Source: Pachysolen tannophilus NRRL Y-2460 (Eukaryota). Taken from it: 64,000 nt of DNA. Shown piece by piece: positions 54,613 to 64,000 of the stretch; position 1 is the stretch's first letter; each line of letters starts with the position of its first letter. Both the position numbers and the translations under genes were made by a program. The DNA is taken from the NCBI GenBank assembly GCA_001661245.1, contig KV454013.1, positions 1,210,502 to 1,274,501 on the forward strand, in the 5' to 3' direction. The notes under the pieces are model-generated. The model had not been told where the DNA came from, did no database searches, and was given only the letters and a program-made list of their open reading frames with translations.

Positions 54613-57402
54613 ATGGACAGTGGTTGCTCTGATAAGATCAGGAAGTCTTGTATAACGTATTCCAAAAACGATCGATCTAAATGTGGGAGATTGAGCCAAA
54701 ATGGAAGGGATTCAATGTCAGTTTCAGCTAATGGTGATAATATTGATTTGAAAGTACTGTCTCTGTTGTTGAACAACGGCGGTGATGATAATAGTGATAA
54801 AACTTCTTTGTTAAACTCACAAAAGACTAGTTTAAACACTGCTGGTGCTGGTGATGTGTATGCTTTTGAAGAACTGCCTGATCTTGATCCTTATATACTG
54901 AAGTTTAATAGGAAAATTGGTTCTTCAAAATTGCTTGTTTCTCCACAAAAATCATTGAAAAGTGAAAATAGATCCAATTCACTTCAACCATCTCCACTTT
55001 TCAATGATGGAAGGAAAAAAAAGCTTATTGATAAGGAGATCAATCAAAAATATTTTGTTGAAGCACCTGCTTCTTTGAAACCTGGTTGGTCATCAAGGGC
55101 ATCTTCATCTTCTTCTTCTTCTCCTTCACGGAAGCGCGATACAATGACAATGAAGAGTAGTCCAATGAATTCTTTGGAAAACTTGAATAAACCACAAACT
55201 CCTGTAAGACAAACTGGAAGGAAACAAGGAGAATCTCCTTCCCCATATTTATCATTACCAAAGCGGAAACTTGTATTTGATGAAACAATTGCATCACCGA
55301 GTTCAATCAAATCTAGTCCAAATCAAACCCCACAAGTGAAAAGGAAAACAAAAACAAGTAATGTTAAAACTACAGAGGAAGAAACAATTGCATGGTCTTT
55401 ATTTGATAAGCTATCAGAAGAATCGGAGGAATTATTACTATCTCCAAAACGTAAAAGAACTCAAAGATCATCAACAATCCTTAAAACAAGGAAACTACTA
55501 AATGATGAAGATTCAGATATTTTAAAATTACCGCAAGATAATGAAAGTCATATACATTATACTAATGTAGATTTAAATGGAAAGGAAAGCGATATACAAA
55601 GAAAAATTGGTGATATGTTTAAGAATCTACAAAGTCCTGAAAAAATTACAAAAAAAACAGAAACAAAAGATACTAAAACTGAAATTACAAACTTCAACTT
55701 CACACTTCCAATTATAGAAACAAATAAAAATCGAACATATGCTTCAACCAGAAGTTTTAGGTCAGATCCTAAAGAAGACATCAATGGTCTGACATACGAT
55801 AATAAGTCTGAAGATGACGAAGATGATGAAGATGATGTAATTGAAGAGAACAAAATTGAAAATGTTGATTTTAATAGATCATTAACCAATAGAGAAGATA
55901 TCAACTCTTTACAGAATATAGATGATTTAAGAGCATCGGGAATGAACAGCAAATCTTTAGATGAATTAAACTATTATATCGAATCTTTTAAAGATAATTA
56001 TGGATTTCATTCTAAAAGATCATCTTTGTTAGAATTGAGTTTAAAAATTTCTCAGGATAAAGAATTTTTGAAACTTTTAATAAAAATAGGTTTACCAGAA
56101 TACCTTATTAAAAGCGTTTTAAAAGATGAAAAAGATTATATCATATTGATAAGTTTTTTTTATTTATATTACAAACTCATCGAAAACGATAGTAGCATTA
56201 ACAAAAGTGACACAAGATACTTGTCAGATACTATACTTAGAGATGATAATTATCAACATTTAAGATATCTGTTAATGGACTTACTCAATTATGAAATCAA
56301 ACATGAATCCAATAATAGCTTTGAAAAAATTTTAATTTTCAAAAACATAAAACTAACTAAAGTTACAAAATTTACATTAAACGAATTTTTGGAAGAAGTA
56401 TATAAGGATTTATCAAACAGTTTAATTGGAAATAAGAATTTCCTTAAGGACGATATTTCCCCTAAATATTTTGTTTTGAGTTTCCTAGTAACGTTAATTA
56501 ATACTAATGAATCACAGTTATCATTGGTTAAGATAATACGGTTTTTTCAGGATACCACTTTATTGAATTCAATATTGAAAATGACTGATACAATAATTGA
56601 TTCCCTGTTTCTCATGAAACATGGAGAAGAAGTATTCTTCAGTGAAAAGGAGATCGAATGGCAATATTTATACTTGAGTACTTTATTAGTTGAATTCATT
56701 TCTGTTAATCCTGCATTGAAAAAGAAATGCGATATGGTTCAGTTCAATCAAATATTAAAGAAGCTTTTGAATTTGGTAATTGAACTGTCAACAAAAACAA
56801 TTACTGATCTTTCTTTGCAGCAATCTTTGATTATTTGCTGTATATCCTCGGTGAAAATAGGTATCATTTTGACAACTCACTCCACGCCAACCCAAGATCC
56901 ATCTTTATCGGAATTGGAAGATTTCGGTCTTACTAACAATGACTTTATGTGTCTATCTGCTTCCTTAGTACGTATGGTAAGAAAATCGTTGATATTAATA
57001 GATAGCAGTAGTGGAGAAGCATTAGAAAAAAACCTCTCGTTGTTCAGTCTCGGGTTCCTCATAAATTTAATCGACTATTACGACATAAAAAGTTTCCCAA
57101 AAAAAATTAGTGAAGATAGTTTCTTGAGAGATTTAAAAGGATTGTTGGATATTATGGAATTGCCTCAGGTTCAAGAACAATCAATGCATCAAGAAATTCA
57201 AAGATTGCATGCTGCAGGATATTTTTGTTTATTTCTTGGGTTATTGAAGGACAGATTCAATATAAATTTAATTCATGAAGAAGATGCTTGTAATTTTAGC
57301 AAAGTTAAATCCTGTTTGCAATTATTCAAGGAAAATATTCCTGGCGATATTGGACTAGGTATTAAGAATCAAATTGATCAGGTATTAGAAATTTTATATT
57401 AG
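54613..57402 (+). CDS. RAD61: Wapl/Rad61 cohesin release factor
   Basis: Disordered SP/TP-rich N-terminus with TYS/RTYA motifs; LQNIDDLRASGMNSKSLDELNYYIE at start of helical domain; adjacent to PSF1 as in S. cerevisiae. Confidence 0.75.
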   Translation: MDSGCSDKIRKSCITYSKNDRSKCGRLSQNGRDSMSVSANGDNIDLKVLSLLLNNGGDDNSDKTSLLNSQKTSLNTAGAGDVYAFEELPDLDPYILKFNRKIGSSKLLVSPQKSLKSENRSNSLQPSPLFNDGRKKKLIDKEINQKYFVEAPASLKPGWSSRASSSSSSSPSRKRDTMTMKSSPMNSLENLNKPQTPVRQTGRKQGESPSPYLSLPKRKLVFDETIASPSSIKSSPNQTPQVKRKTKTSNVKTTEEETIAWSLFDKLSEESEELLLSPKRKRTQRSSTILKTRKLLNDEDSDILKLPQDNESHIHYTNVDLNGKESDIQRKIGDMFKNLQSPEKITKKTETKDTKTEITNFNFTLPIIETNKNRTYASTRSFRSDPKEDINGLTYDNKSEDDEDDEDDVIEENKIENVDFNRSLTNREDINSLQNIDDLRASGMNSKSLDELNYYIESFKDNYGFHSKRSSLLELSLKISQDKEFLKLLIKIGLPEYLIKSVLKDEKDYIILISFFYLYYKLIENDSSINKSDTRYLSDTILRDDNYQHLRYLLMDLLNYEIKHESNNSFEKILIFKNIKLTKVTKFTLNEFLEEVYKDLSNSLIGNKNFLKDDISPKYFVLSFLVTLINTNESQLSLVKIIRFFQDTTLLNSILKMTDTIIDSLFLMKHGEEVFFSEKEIEWQYLYLSTLLVEFISVNPALKKKCDMVQFNQILKKLLNLVIELSTKTITDLSLQQSLIICCISSVKIGIILTTHSTPTQDPSLSELEDFGLTNNDFMCLSASLVRMVRKSLILIDSSSGEALEKNLSLFSLGFLINLIDYYDIKSFPKKISEDSFLRDLKGLLDIMELPQVQEQSMHQEIQRLHAAGYFCLFLGLLKDRFNINLIHEEDACNFSKVKSCLQLFKENIPGDIGLGIKNQIDQVLEILY

Positions 57403-57498
57403 TATCATATAGCTTTCATATAGAGCAATTAATATCATATATATATAAATGCATTGCATTATCTATTTATAACCCATTTCCTAAAAAAATATAAAGTA

Positions 57499-59766
57499 CT
57501 ACATGAAATTAAACTCACTACTTTGTGATTTCAAAGCTTGACTTGCCATTCTCAACATTTTTTGTCTTGGATCTTCCTTCTTCTTGCCTCCATCACTACC
57601 ATCTTTTTGTTTACTATCATTACCACTATATTTCCCCAAATTCTTTGGAGTTTCTCTTAGCCCAAAACTCTTGGCCAAATGTCCTAAATGTAATGTCTTT
57701 ACATTGAAAATCGATCTTTCAGATGCCAAATGAGTAGCATAAGCTCTAATATGAGATGAGAATCCTTGAACCGCTTTATCATGTGCTATAGGGTCTTCTA
57801 ATAGCCATCTTTCGACATCTAAATGCCATGTTGTTGCTTCAGTATCCCAATCTTCTCTTTTTTTCTGTTTTCTTTTTTTATCTTCTGTATCATCTGAATT
57901 TTCTGAACCGAATCCTTCTTTTAAAATATCTTCATAAGGAGTGAATTTTAAACCAGAAGGATGATAAGGTTTTATATATTCAGCGTAAGCTTCTTCAAGA
58001 CCAGGAAGTAAAAATAATAATGATGTACCTGCTTTTCCTGCTCTTGCTGTTCTTCCAACTCTATGCAAATGGTCATCAACAGAAAATGGTGGATCATATT
58101 CTACCACAGTTGATATATGAGGAAGATCTAAACCTCTTGAGGCCACATCTGTACAAAACAATATAACATGTGTATTTTTAGTCTGTGCTTTTGTAAAATG
58201 GGATAAAGTTGAAGTTCTAATCATTTGATTCAAAGACCCATGAAGTTTGAATATTATTGTACTTTCACCACCCAACAATGGAGAAGTAACAACAGTTGAA
58301 GATTCATCTGCATTTTCATAAACAATTTTCTCTTCAAAATCTTCACTATCTTCATTTTGGACTTTAATTTTTTTAAATTTCTTACCACGCTTTGTGAATG
58401 TTGAAAAATGGAAATCAACACTATCAGAACAAGAAAAGAAAACCATTGTTCTAGATCCAGGTTGGCCCTTTCTAGTTATATTCCTTAATATAGCAGCTAA
58501 TGAAACTAATCTCAATTTTGGAGATACAATCAATACTTGTTGTAATAATTGATCAGGTGCTGAAATTGCTGTTTCGTTATGAAATTCAACAACGTTTTCT
58601 TCTTCATTTGAAGAAGCATTTGTAACTAATTCTGCATCTTGTAAAGATATTTCACCTAATTTTTTAACATCTGATTTAATTGTAGCAGAACATAATACAT
58701 TTACTCTTTTCTTTGGTAAATTAGGGAAAAGTTTTGTTGTTGCTAATATATTTGATTCATTTGAAATTTTGGTTAAAATTTTTAAAATTGTCTCTTCAAA
58801 ACCCAATTCCATCAAACGATCACCTTCATCCAATACAAGGTATCTTACTTGAGATAAATTTAAAGTTTCTGTATTTTCAATATGATCAGCTAATCTTCCT
58901 GGAGTTGCAACTAAGATGTTTACACCTTTTCTTAACCTAGCCTTTTCAGCTTTCTTTTTTTCTCCTCCAATAACGATACCAGGTACAATTCTATGACAGC
59001 ATCGAGTTAAAGTTTCTAGCACTGAATGTATCTGTGATGCCAATTCTCTTGTTGGAGTTAAAATCACAGCAAATAACCCTGTAGTTCTATTTAAATCAGT
59101 TATTTCCATTAATTTTTGGAAAATTGGTAATACAAATGCAAGAGTCTTACCAGATCCAGTTTGTGATTGTATGAATAAATCTCTTTCTCTCAATAACAAC
59201 CTTGGTAAGACAGATCTTTGAATTTTTGTTGGCTTGGCAAAATTGAGATGATTAGTAAGATGTTGAGCTAAAGTCTTTTCTACACCCAACCCATCAAAAG
59301 TAGTTGCATCCACTAAAGGGGCATTTGAAGGAGCCAAGATTTGAACTTCACTTTCTTCTTCTTTCTTATGAACTATCTCAGTATTTGAAGTAAATAAAGA
59401 TGAAACATAAGTATTATTTTTACCACCATTTTGACCAGATTGTTCTTGAAATCTGATTTTTTTTGAACTTGGACCTAAAGAATTAACATTACCAACTCTT
59501 TTTTTATCTTTACCTAATTTCACACTATCCTCAGAAGATCCTAATTTCTCTTCAACATCTTGTGTCTTTTTCTGATTCACTGGAATCCCATTAACATCAC
59601 TTATATTTCTCTTGGTATTTCTACCTCTACCTTGACTAACTAGTTGAGCTCTTCTTCTATCTTTCCAACTACCACCAGTAACTTTCCCTACTTTTCTCTT
59701 AGAAACAGTACCCAGCACAGGCTCTGTACTAAAGTTTAACATTAAACCATCTTCTTCCTCACTCAT
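57499..59766 (-). CDS. DBP7: DEAD-box RNA helicase Dbp7
   Basis: DGLMLNF, QSQTGSGKT, PTRELA, DEGD, SAT, HRVGRTAR; ATG at 59766. Confidence 0.95.
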   Translation of the reverse strand: MSEEEDGLMLNFSTEPVLGTVSKRKVGKVTGGSWKDRRRAQLVSQGRGRNTKRNISDVNGIPVNQKKTQDVEEKLGSSEDSVKLGKDKKRVGNVNSLGPSSKKIRFQEQSGQNGGKNNTYVSSLFTSNTEIVHKKEEESEVQILAPSNAPLVDATTFDGLGVEKTLAQHLTNHLNFAKPTKIQRSVLPRLLLRERDLFIQSQTGSGKTLAFVLPIFQKLMEITDLNRTTGLFAVILTPTRELASQIHSVLETLTRCCHRIVPGIVIGGEKKKAEKARLRKGVNILVATPGRLADHIENTETLNLSQVRYLVLDEGDRLMELGFEETILKILTKISNESNILATTKLFPNLPKKRVNVLCSATIKSDVKKLGEISLQDAELVTNASSNEEENVVEFHNETAISAPDQLLQQVLIVSPKLRLVSLAAILRNITRKGQPGSRTMVFFSCSDSVDFHFSTFTKRGKKFKKIKVQNEDSEDFEEKIVYENADESSTVVTSPLLGGESTIIFKLHGSLNQMIRTSTLSHFTKAQTKNTHVILFCTDVASRGLDLPHISTVVEYDPPFSVDDHLHRVGRTARAGKAGTSLLFLLPGLEEAYAEYIKPYHPSGLKFTPYEDILKEGFGSENSDDTEDKKRKQKKREDWDTEATTWHLDVERWLLEDPIAHDKAVQGFSSHIRAYATHLASERSIFNVKTLHLGHLAKSFGLRETPKNLGKYSGNDSKQKDGSDGGKKKEDPRQKMLRMASQALKSQSSEFNFM

Positions 59767-59990
59767 TCTCTCAAACAAAACCAACAACCAAGAACTACTC
59801 TGCCCTCTATATCAATATATATATCAATATATATTAAATTTAATTATCATATAGTTAAATGAAAATTTTTGTATAGTGAAAAATTATTTTATAAAAAATT
59901 TTCTTTTACCTTAAAACAGAATTCATTTTTTTAATATTTAATAAAATTATTTGCAAAGAAGAATAAGTTGAAGTTGGAGTTCTATTGAGG

Positions 59991-60812
59991 ATGAGTTTGT
60001 TTGTGCCTGAGGAAGAGAATAATGTTAATCATGGCCGTCACAAGGACCATAAGGATGTTGGTAACGTTGGGGTGGTTGAAAACCGTTATGAAGATGATGA
60101 TGATGATGATGAGGTTTTAAGTGAGATTCCAATATATTTAAATGATAGATTGAAGAATTTGGCGTTACTACAATATCCCAATAGATCTTCAAAGAGGCCC
60201 TTCAGTAAATCACATAATACTCCCATATTAGAGTCGAGGATAAAGAAAGAATCTGGGATATTGGAATTGGATGTTCCAATGAATACTGCTCATTTTTTTG
60301 ATTCACAAAAGGCAATTAAATGGGGGGAATTGAATACACAGACTTTAAGTGGTGTTTGTAAGAAGAACAGTATATATTATGTTGGTGTTCTTAATAAGGA
60401 TAAGGATAAGATCACATTGACTCCAATAGATACTACAGTTCAAATGAGGCCTCAGTTAAAGCATATTGATGCTGAAATTTTAGAGCAAAGAGCATTAAAG
60501 GCAAATGCAAATAGAAGTAATAGTGATTATTTTAATGATCCAAAGAGGAAAAATGATGTAAAAGTTGTTCAAATGTCGGTGAAGTCCACAATGGATGTGA
60601 ATCCAAGTCTTGGAGGTGCTTTACAGGCATATAAGAAAGCTGAAGATGAACAATATGATCAAATGAATTGGAACGATATAGATGAAAATGTATGTAAAAA
60701 TTTAAGAAGACACTTAATAATAGATCCAGAAGAACAACAAGTTGAATTAACTTCAGATACTACTGAAAAGGATTATATAAATATATTATTTAGTGAAACA
60801 AGAATAGATTAG
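59991..60812 (+). CDS. RPC37: RNA polymerase III subunit C37
   Basis: EIPIYL, LLQYPNR, QMRPQLKHID, VVQMSVKS; lies between DBP7 and GCN3 as in S. cerevisiae. Confidence 0.88.
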   Translation: MSLFVPEEENNVNHGRHKDHKDVGNVGVVENRYEDDDDDDEVLSEIPIYLNDRLKNLALLQYPNRSSKRPFSKSHNTPILESRIKKESGILELDVPMNTAHFFDSQKAIKWGELNTQTLSGVCKKNSIYYVGVLNKDKDKITLTPIDTTVQMRPQLKHIDAEILEQRALKANANRSNSDYFNDPKRKNDVKVVQMSVKSTMDVNPSLGGALQAYKKAEDEQYDQMNWNDIDENVCKNLRRHLIIDPEEQQVELTSDTTEKDYINILFSETRID

Positions 60813-60942
60813 TTAAAAAGAAAAGAAAAAAGAAAGAATTTACTTTTTATTATTCAAAGTCAAGTCAAGTAAAGTAAAAGTGATTCATTTATTTTATGTT
60901 TTTTCTTATTTATTATTAAATAATTTTTAATAAAATTCAATT

Positions 60943-61965
60943 TTAGTCATACCACATCTTAATCAACTCTTCACTGACTGCACTTGGAGTTAGAACTCCT
61001 AAATCTGTAATTAATGCAGTGATATATTCATGAGGAGTAAAATCAATTAATGGACCATGGTTATTAATATCATCATTTTCTTCAACGCTAAATTTTAATG
61101 GCTCTTCATTTAAATCATCAGGAGCTAATGGGAATTTCCTAACAAATTTATGACTCTCAGCAACAACGTATAATGGTTTATTAGAATTCTTAGCCAACAC
61201 TCCTATTTGATAAGAACCAATATGATTTATAATGCCTCCACTTTCTGCAACACCTTCTGCTCCAACAAATATTTTATCAATCTTGTCTATACAATAACCT
61301 GCTGCAGAATCCACTATTAATGCAGCAGGTATATTATGTTTTTTCAAAGCATTAAACATTTTAATTCCTTGACATGTTGGTCTTGCTTCTGTAACAATCA
61401 CTCTAAATCTTATAAATTTTGATGCTGCAAGAGATAATAAATTTAATACAACTCTTGAATAAGAATGAATTAAAATTGTATCATCATCTCTAATAAATGG
61501 TAAACCTATCTCAGCAATCTTATCTCTAGATTTTTTAGCTCTACTAACAAATAATTGTCCATTTTCAACTAAATGAGTTTTACAACTTTCCCAATCTGAA
61601 TATAAATGAGTATTTCTTAATACAAATCTCATAAATAAATCACAACCTGCTGATAAAGATATAGCGTTTGGAATAGAATTTTTCAATAATTCAGTCTGTT
61701 CTTTCAATAAAACTTGCAACTCAGAAGAAGTAGACGGCTGTTTCACTTTCAATAATGTGACCAAAGACTCTATAGCCGCAACAGGCATCGTCATATCTGG
61801 ATCTTCTTTCAAGAAGTTTAAATAAGTTTCTTTAATATCAAAATCATCTTTGCTAGTAGGTGATGGTACTATAAATTTAAAAAAAAAAATCAGCAATTCA
61901 GTTAGTAACAATTCTTTAAAATACATTAATTTTTTAAATAAATCAAGTCTCCACTTACCACTCAT
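60943..61965 (-). CDS. GCN3: eIF2B alpha subunit, 2 exons (61965-61959, 61868-60943)
   Basis: Intron 61958-61869 (GTAAGT...TACTAAC...TAG); MTMPVAAIESL, GAEGVAESGGIIN, LTPSAVSEELIKMW. Confidence 0.95.
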   Translation of the reverse strand: MSGKWRLDLFKKLMYFKELLLTELLIFFFKFIVPSPTSKDDFDIKETYLNFLKEDPDMTMPVAAIESLVTLLKVKQPSTSSELQVLLKEQTELLKNSIPNAISLSAGCDLFMRFVLRNTHLYSDWESCKTHLVENGQLFVSRAKKSRDKIAEIGLPFIRDDDTILIHSYSRVVLNLLSLAASKFIRFRVIVTEARPTCQGIKMFNALKKHNIPAALIVDSAAGYCIDKIDKIFVGAEGVAESGGIINHIGSYQIGVLAKNSNKPLYVVAESHKFVRKFPLAPDDLNEEPLKFSVEENDDINNHGPLIDFTPHEYITALITDLGVLTPSAVSEELIKMWYD

Positions 61966-62183
61966 TCTTCCAACGATCTCCTAATACCTCTATTTCAATT
62001 ATGTTTCCTTTAATTTGAATAATTATCAATTAATTTTCAATTCAAAAATTTTTCAGTTTTTTCAAAATCTATTTTTCATTTTATTTTTGTATTTTATTTT
62101 TTTGTCAAGGTATTAAAGAACTTGTTCAAACTACAAAAAATATTCAATTTATACAATTATTGGAGAAGGTCAGAGTAAACAGT

Positions 62184-64000
62184 ATGTCTAGATTGATTAG
62201 ATCATGGTTGGTGATTAGTAGGAGATCATTTTCGGCTACTTCATTTAAACTTAATGGTGAGAAATCGAGTATATTGTCTGCAACTCCAGATAAAATAAGA
62301 AATATCGGTATTATTGCCCATATAGATGCTGGGAAGACCACAACGACTGAACGGATGTTATACTATAGTGGGATAACGCAGAGAATAGGGAATGTTGATG
62401 AAGGAGATACTGTCACTGATTATCTTACAGCAGAGCGAGAAAGAGGAATAACTATACAGTCAGCAGCAGTGACAATGCCATGGAATAGGCATAGAGTGAA
62501 TTTAATTGATACACCAGGACATGCTGATTTTACGTTTGAAGTTATACGGTCATTAAGAGTGTTAGATGGTGCAGTGACGATATTGGATGGAGTTGCAGGT
62601 GTGGAGGCTCAGACGGAAAAAGTTTGGAAGCAAGCAAAGGAATTACATATTCCTAGAATAGTTTTCGTTAATAAGATGGATAGAGAAGGTGCTGGTTTTA
62701 GTAGAACAGTAAAAGAAGTTGTATCGAGATTAGGTACAAAGATAGTTTTCGTAAATATTCCTTATTTTGTTAAAGATGTTAAAACTGGAGAAAGGGTTTT
62801 CCATGGTGTTTTAGATGTTTTAAATAAAAAATTATTGAAATGGGATAAAGAAGGTGATGGTAAACTGGTACAAGTTATTGATATTAAGGAAAATGATGAT
62901 GATACTGCTGAATTGTATGAACAATGCTTGAAATGTATTGAATCAGCAGTGGATACTCTTGGAGAATTTGACGAAAGTGTCATTGAATCATTTTTGGAAA
63001 CTGAAGATTATATGAAAGTTCCAATACCAGTTATAAAAAAAGCTTTAAGAGATGCAACTATTAAGAATCTTGTAGTTCCAGTTTTATGTGGAGCAAGTTT
63101 TAAAAATATTGGTGTTCAACCTTTGTTAGATGCTGTTGTTGATTATTTACCTTCTCCAATCGATGCAAGGCCACCAGTTGTTATAACAGATGGTGGTGGT
63201 ATGTTATCTAAAAGAAAGAAGACAAATAAAAATAAATCTAAAAAAATTACTTCATTGGAAATGAATGAAGTATTACCTGTTATAATTGATCAAAAATCCG
63301 GATGTATTATAAATAACAATAAAAATTTAACTATGGCTTTAGCTTTTAAAGTAATAACTGATCCAATTAGAGGCATAATGGTATTTGTGAGAATTTATAG
63401 TGGGAAACTTAATTCTGGTACTTCTATAATTGATACAAGAACTGGTAAAAAGATTAAAATTGGGAAATTATTATTAATGCATGCTGATATGCCTCATGAA
63501 GTACCTTCATTAAGTGCAGGAAACATTGGAGTTATAACTGGAACTGAAGGAGAAATTATTACTGGAGATACTTTGATTCTGAATTCTATTAAAAACAATT
63601 TAAGTTCATTTAATAAAAATGAACAATCTGCAACATTGAGTAATATAATTGTTCCACCACCTGTATTTTCTGTTAGTTTAGAACCTAGAACTTTAGGTGA
63701 TAGGAGAAAATGTGAAGAAGCTTTAGAGATTTTACTTAGAGAAGATCCAAGTTTAAAATTAAGCATTGATGAAGAAAGTGGACAAACAATTTTAAGTGGT
63801 ATGGGAGAATTACATTTAGAAATTGCAAAATATAGATTATTAAATGATTTAAAGGCAAAAGTTGAAGTTGGTGAAGTTATGGTTACTTATAAGGAAACTT
63901 TATTAGCACCTTCTAAACGTATTATTAAATCTTCAAGTAATGATAATTCTGGTGAATCCAGTAATGATTTTAAGATTCAATTGAAACTTGAGCCTTGTGA
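62184..64000 (+). CDS. MEF2: Mitochondrial EF-G2 / ribosome-recycling factor 2 (partial, runs off window)
   Basis: Presequence MSRLIRSWLVISRRSFS; RNIGIIAHIDAGKTTTTERMLYYSG, ERERGITIQSAA, LIDTPGHADFTFEV, NKMD, GMGELHLEI; absent from the ORF track because no stop is in the window. Confidence 0.9.
   Translation, partial: MSRLIRSWLVISRRSFSATSFKLNGEKSSILSATPDKIRNIGIIAHIDAGKTTTTERMLYYSGITQRIGNVDEGDTVTDYLTAERERGITIQSAAVTMPWNRHRVNLIDTPGHADFTFEVIRSLRVLDGAVTILDGVAGVEAQTEKVWKQAKELHIPRIVFVNKMDREGAGFSRTVKEVVSRLGTKIVFVNIPYFVKDVKTGERVFHGVLDVLNKKLLKWDKEGDGKLVQVIDIKENDDDTAELYEQCLKCIESAVDTLGEFDESVIESFLETEDYMKVPIPVIKKALRDATIKNLVVPVLCGASFKNIGVQPLLDAVVDYLPSPIDARPPVVITDGGGMLSKRKKTNKNKSKKITSLEMNEVLPVIIDQKSGCIINNNKNLTMALAFKVITDPIRGIMVFVRIYSGKLNSGTSIIDTRTGKKIKIGKLLLMHADMPHEVPSLSAGNIGVITGTEGEIITGDTLILNSIKNNLSSFNKNEQSATLSNIIVPPPVFSVSLEPRTLGDRRKCEEALEILLREDPSLKLSIDEESGQTILSGMGELHLEIAKYRLLNDLKAKVEVGEVMVTYKETLLAPSKRIIKSSSNDNSGESSNDFKIQLKLEPC

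Overview
AT-rich budding-yeast (Saccharomycotina) draft-genome window with four N gaps. Its CTG codons align with Ala, pointing to the CUG-Ala clade (Pachysolen-like). It holds about 30 mostly recognisable protein genes: two ALR Mg2+ transporters around KRI1, STE14, EMW1, POM33-like, a His-phosphatase, KCS1, an atypical Rho, DAD1, TRM2, FEX, a divergent enolase, PDX3, PST2/YCP4, DCC1, BUD3, ATP11, PHA2, HRT1, MED7, XanA-like, METTL16, MIX14, ZIM17, PSF1, WPL1, DBP7, RPC37, GCN3 and partial MEF2. Six of these are spliced and mis-called by the ORF track. The main discovery lies in the ORF-free interval at about 28990-30005, which has the full architecture of a ~1-kb telomerase RNA (TER). It shows a template-boundary hairpin, a 17-nt template CACCACUCACACCACUC predicting a 9-bp telomere repeat GGTGTGAGT, a long arm with GAAUG, a K. 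lactis-type U-rich pseudoknot, a core-enclosing helix and a 5'-3' terminal helix. Support comes from nearby PDX3, an unannotated H/ACA snoRNA that looks like snR161 (both flank TLC1 in S. cerevisiae), and a degenerate interstitial array of the predicted repeat at 44137-44202. Other notable items are a FEX fluoride exporter head-to-head with an atypical enolase, an Rnd-like Rho GTPase, a RAD51AP1-like C-terminal motif protein, and homogenised ALR repeats around KRI1. All pairings and homologies were read by eye and need computational confirmation.
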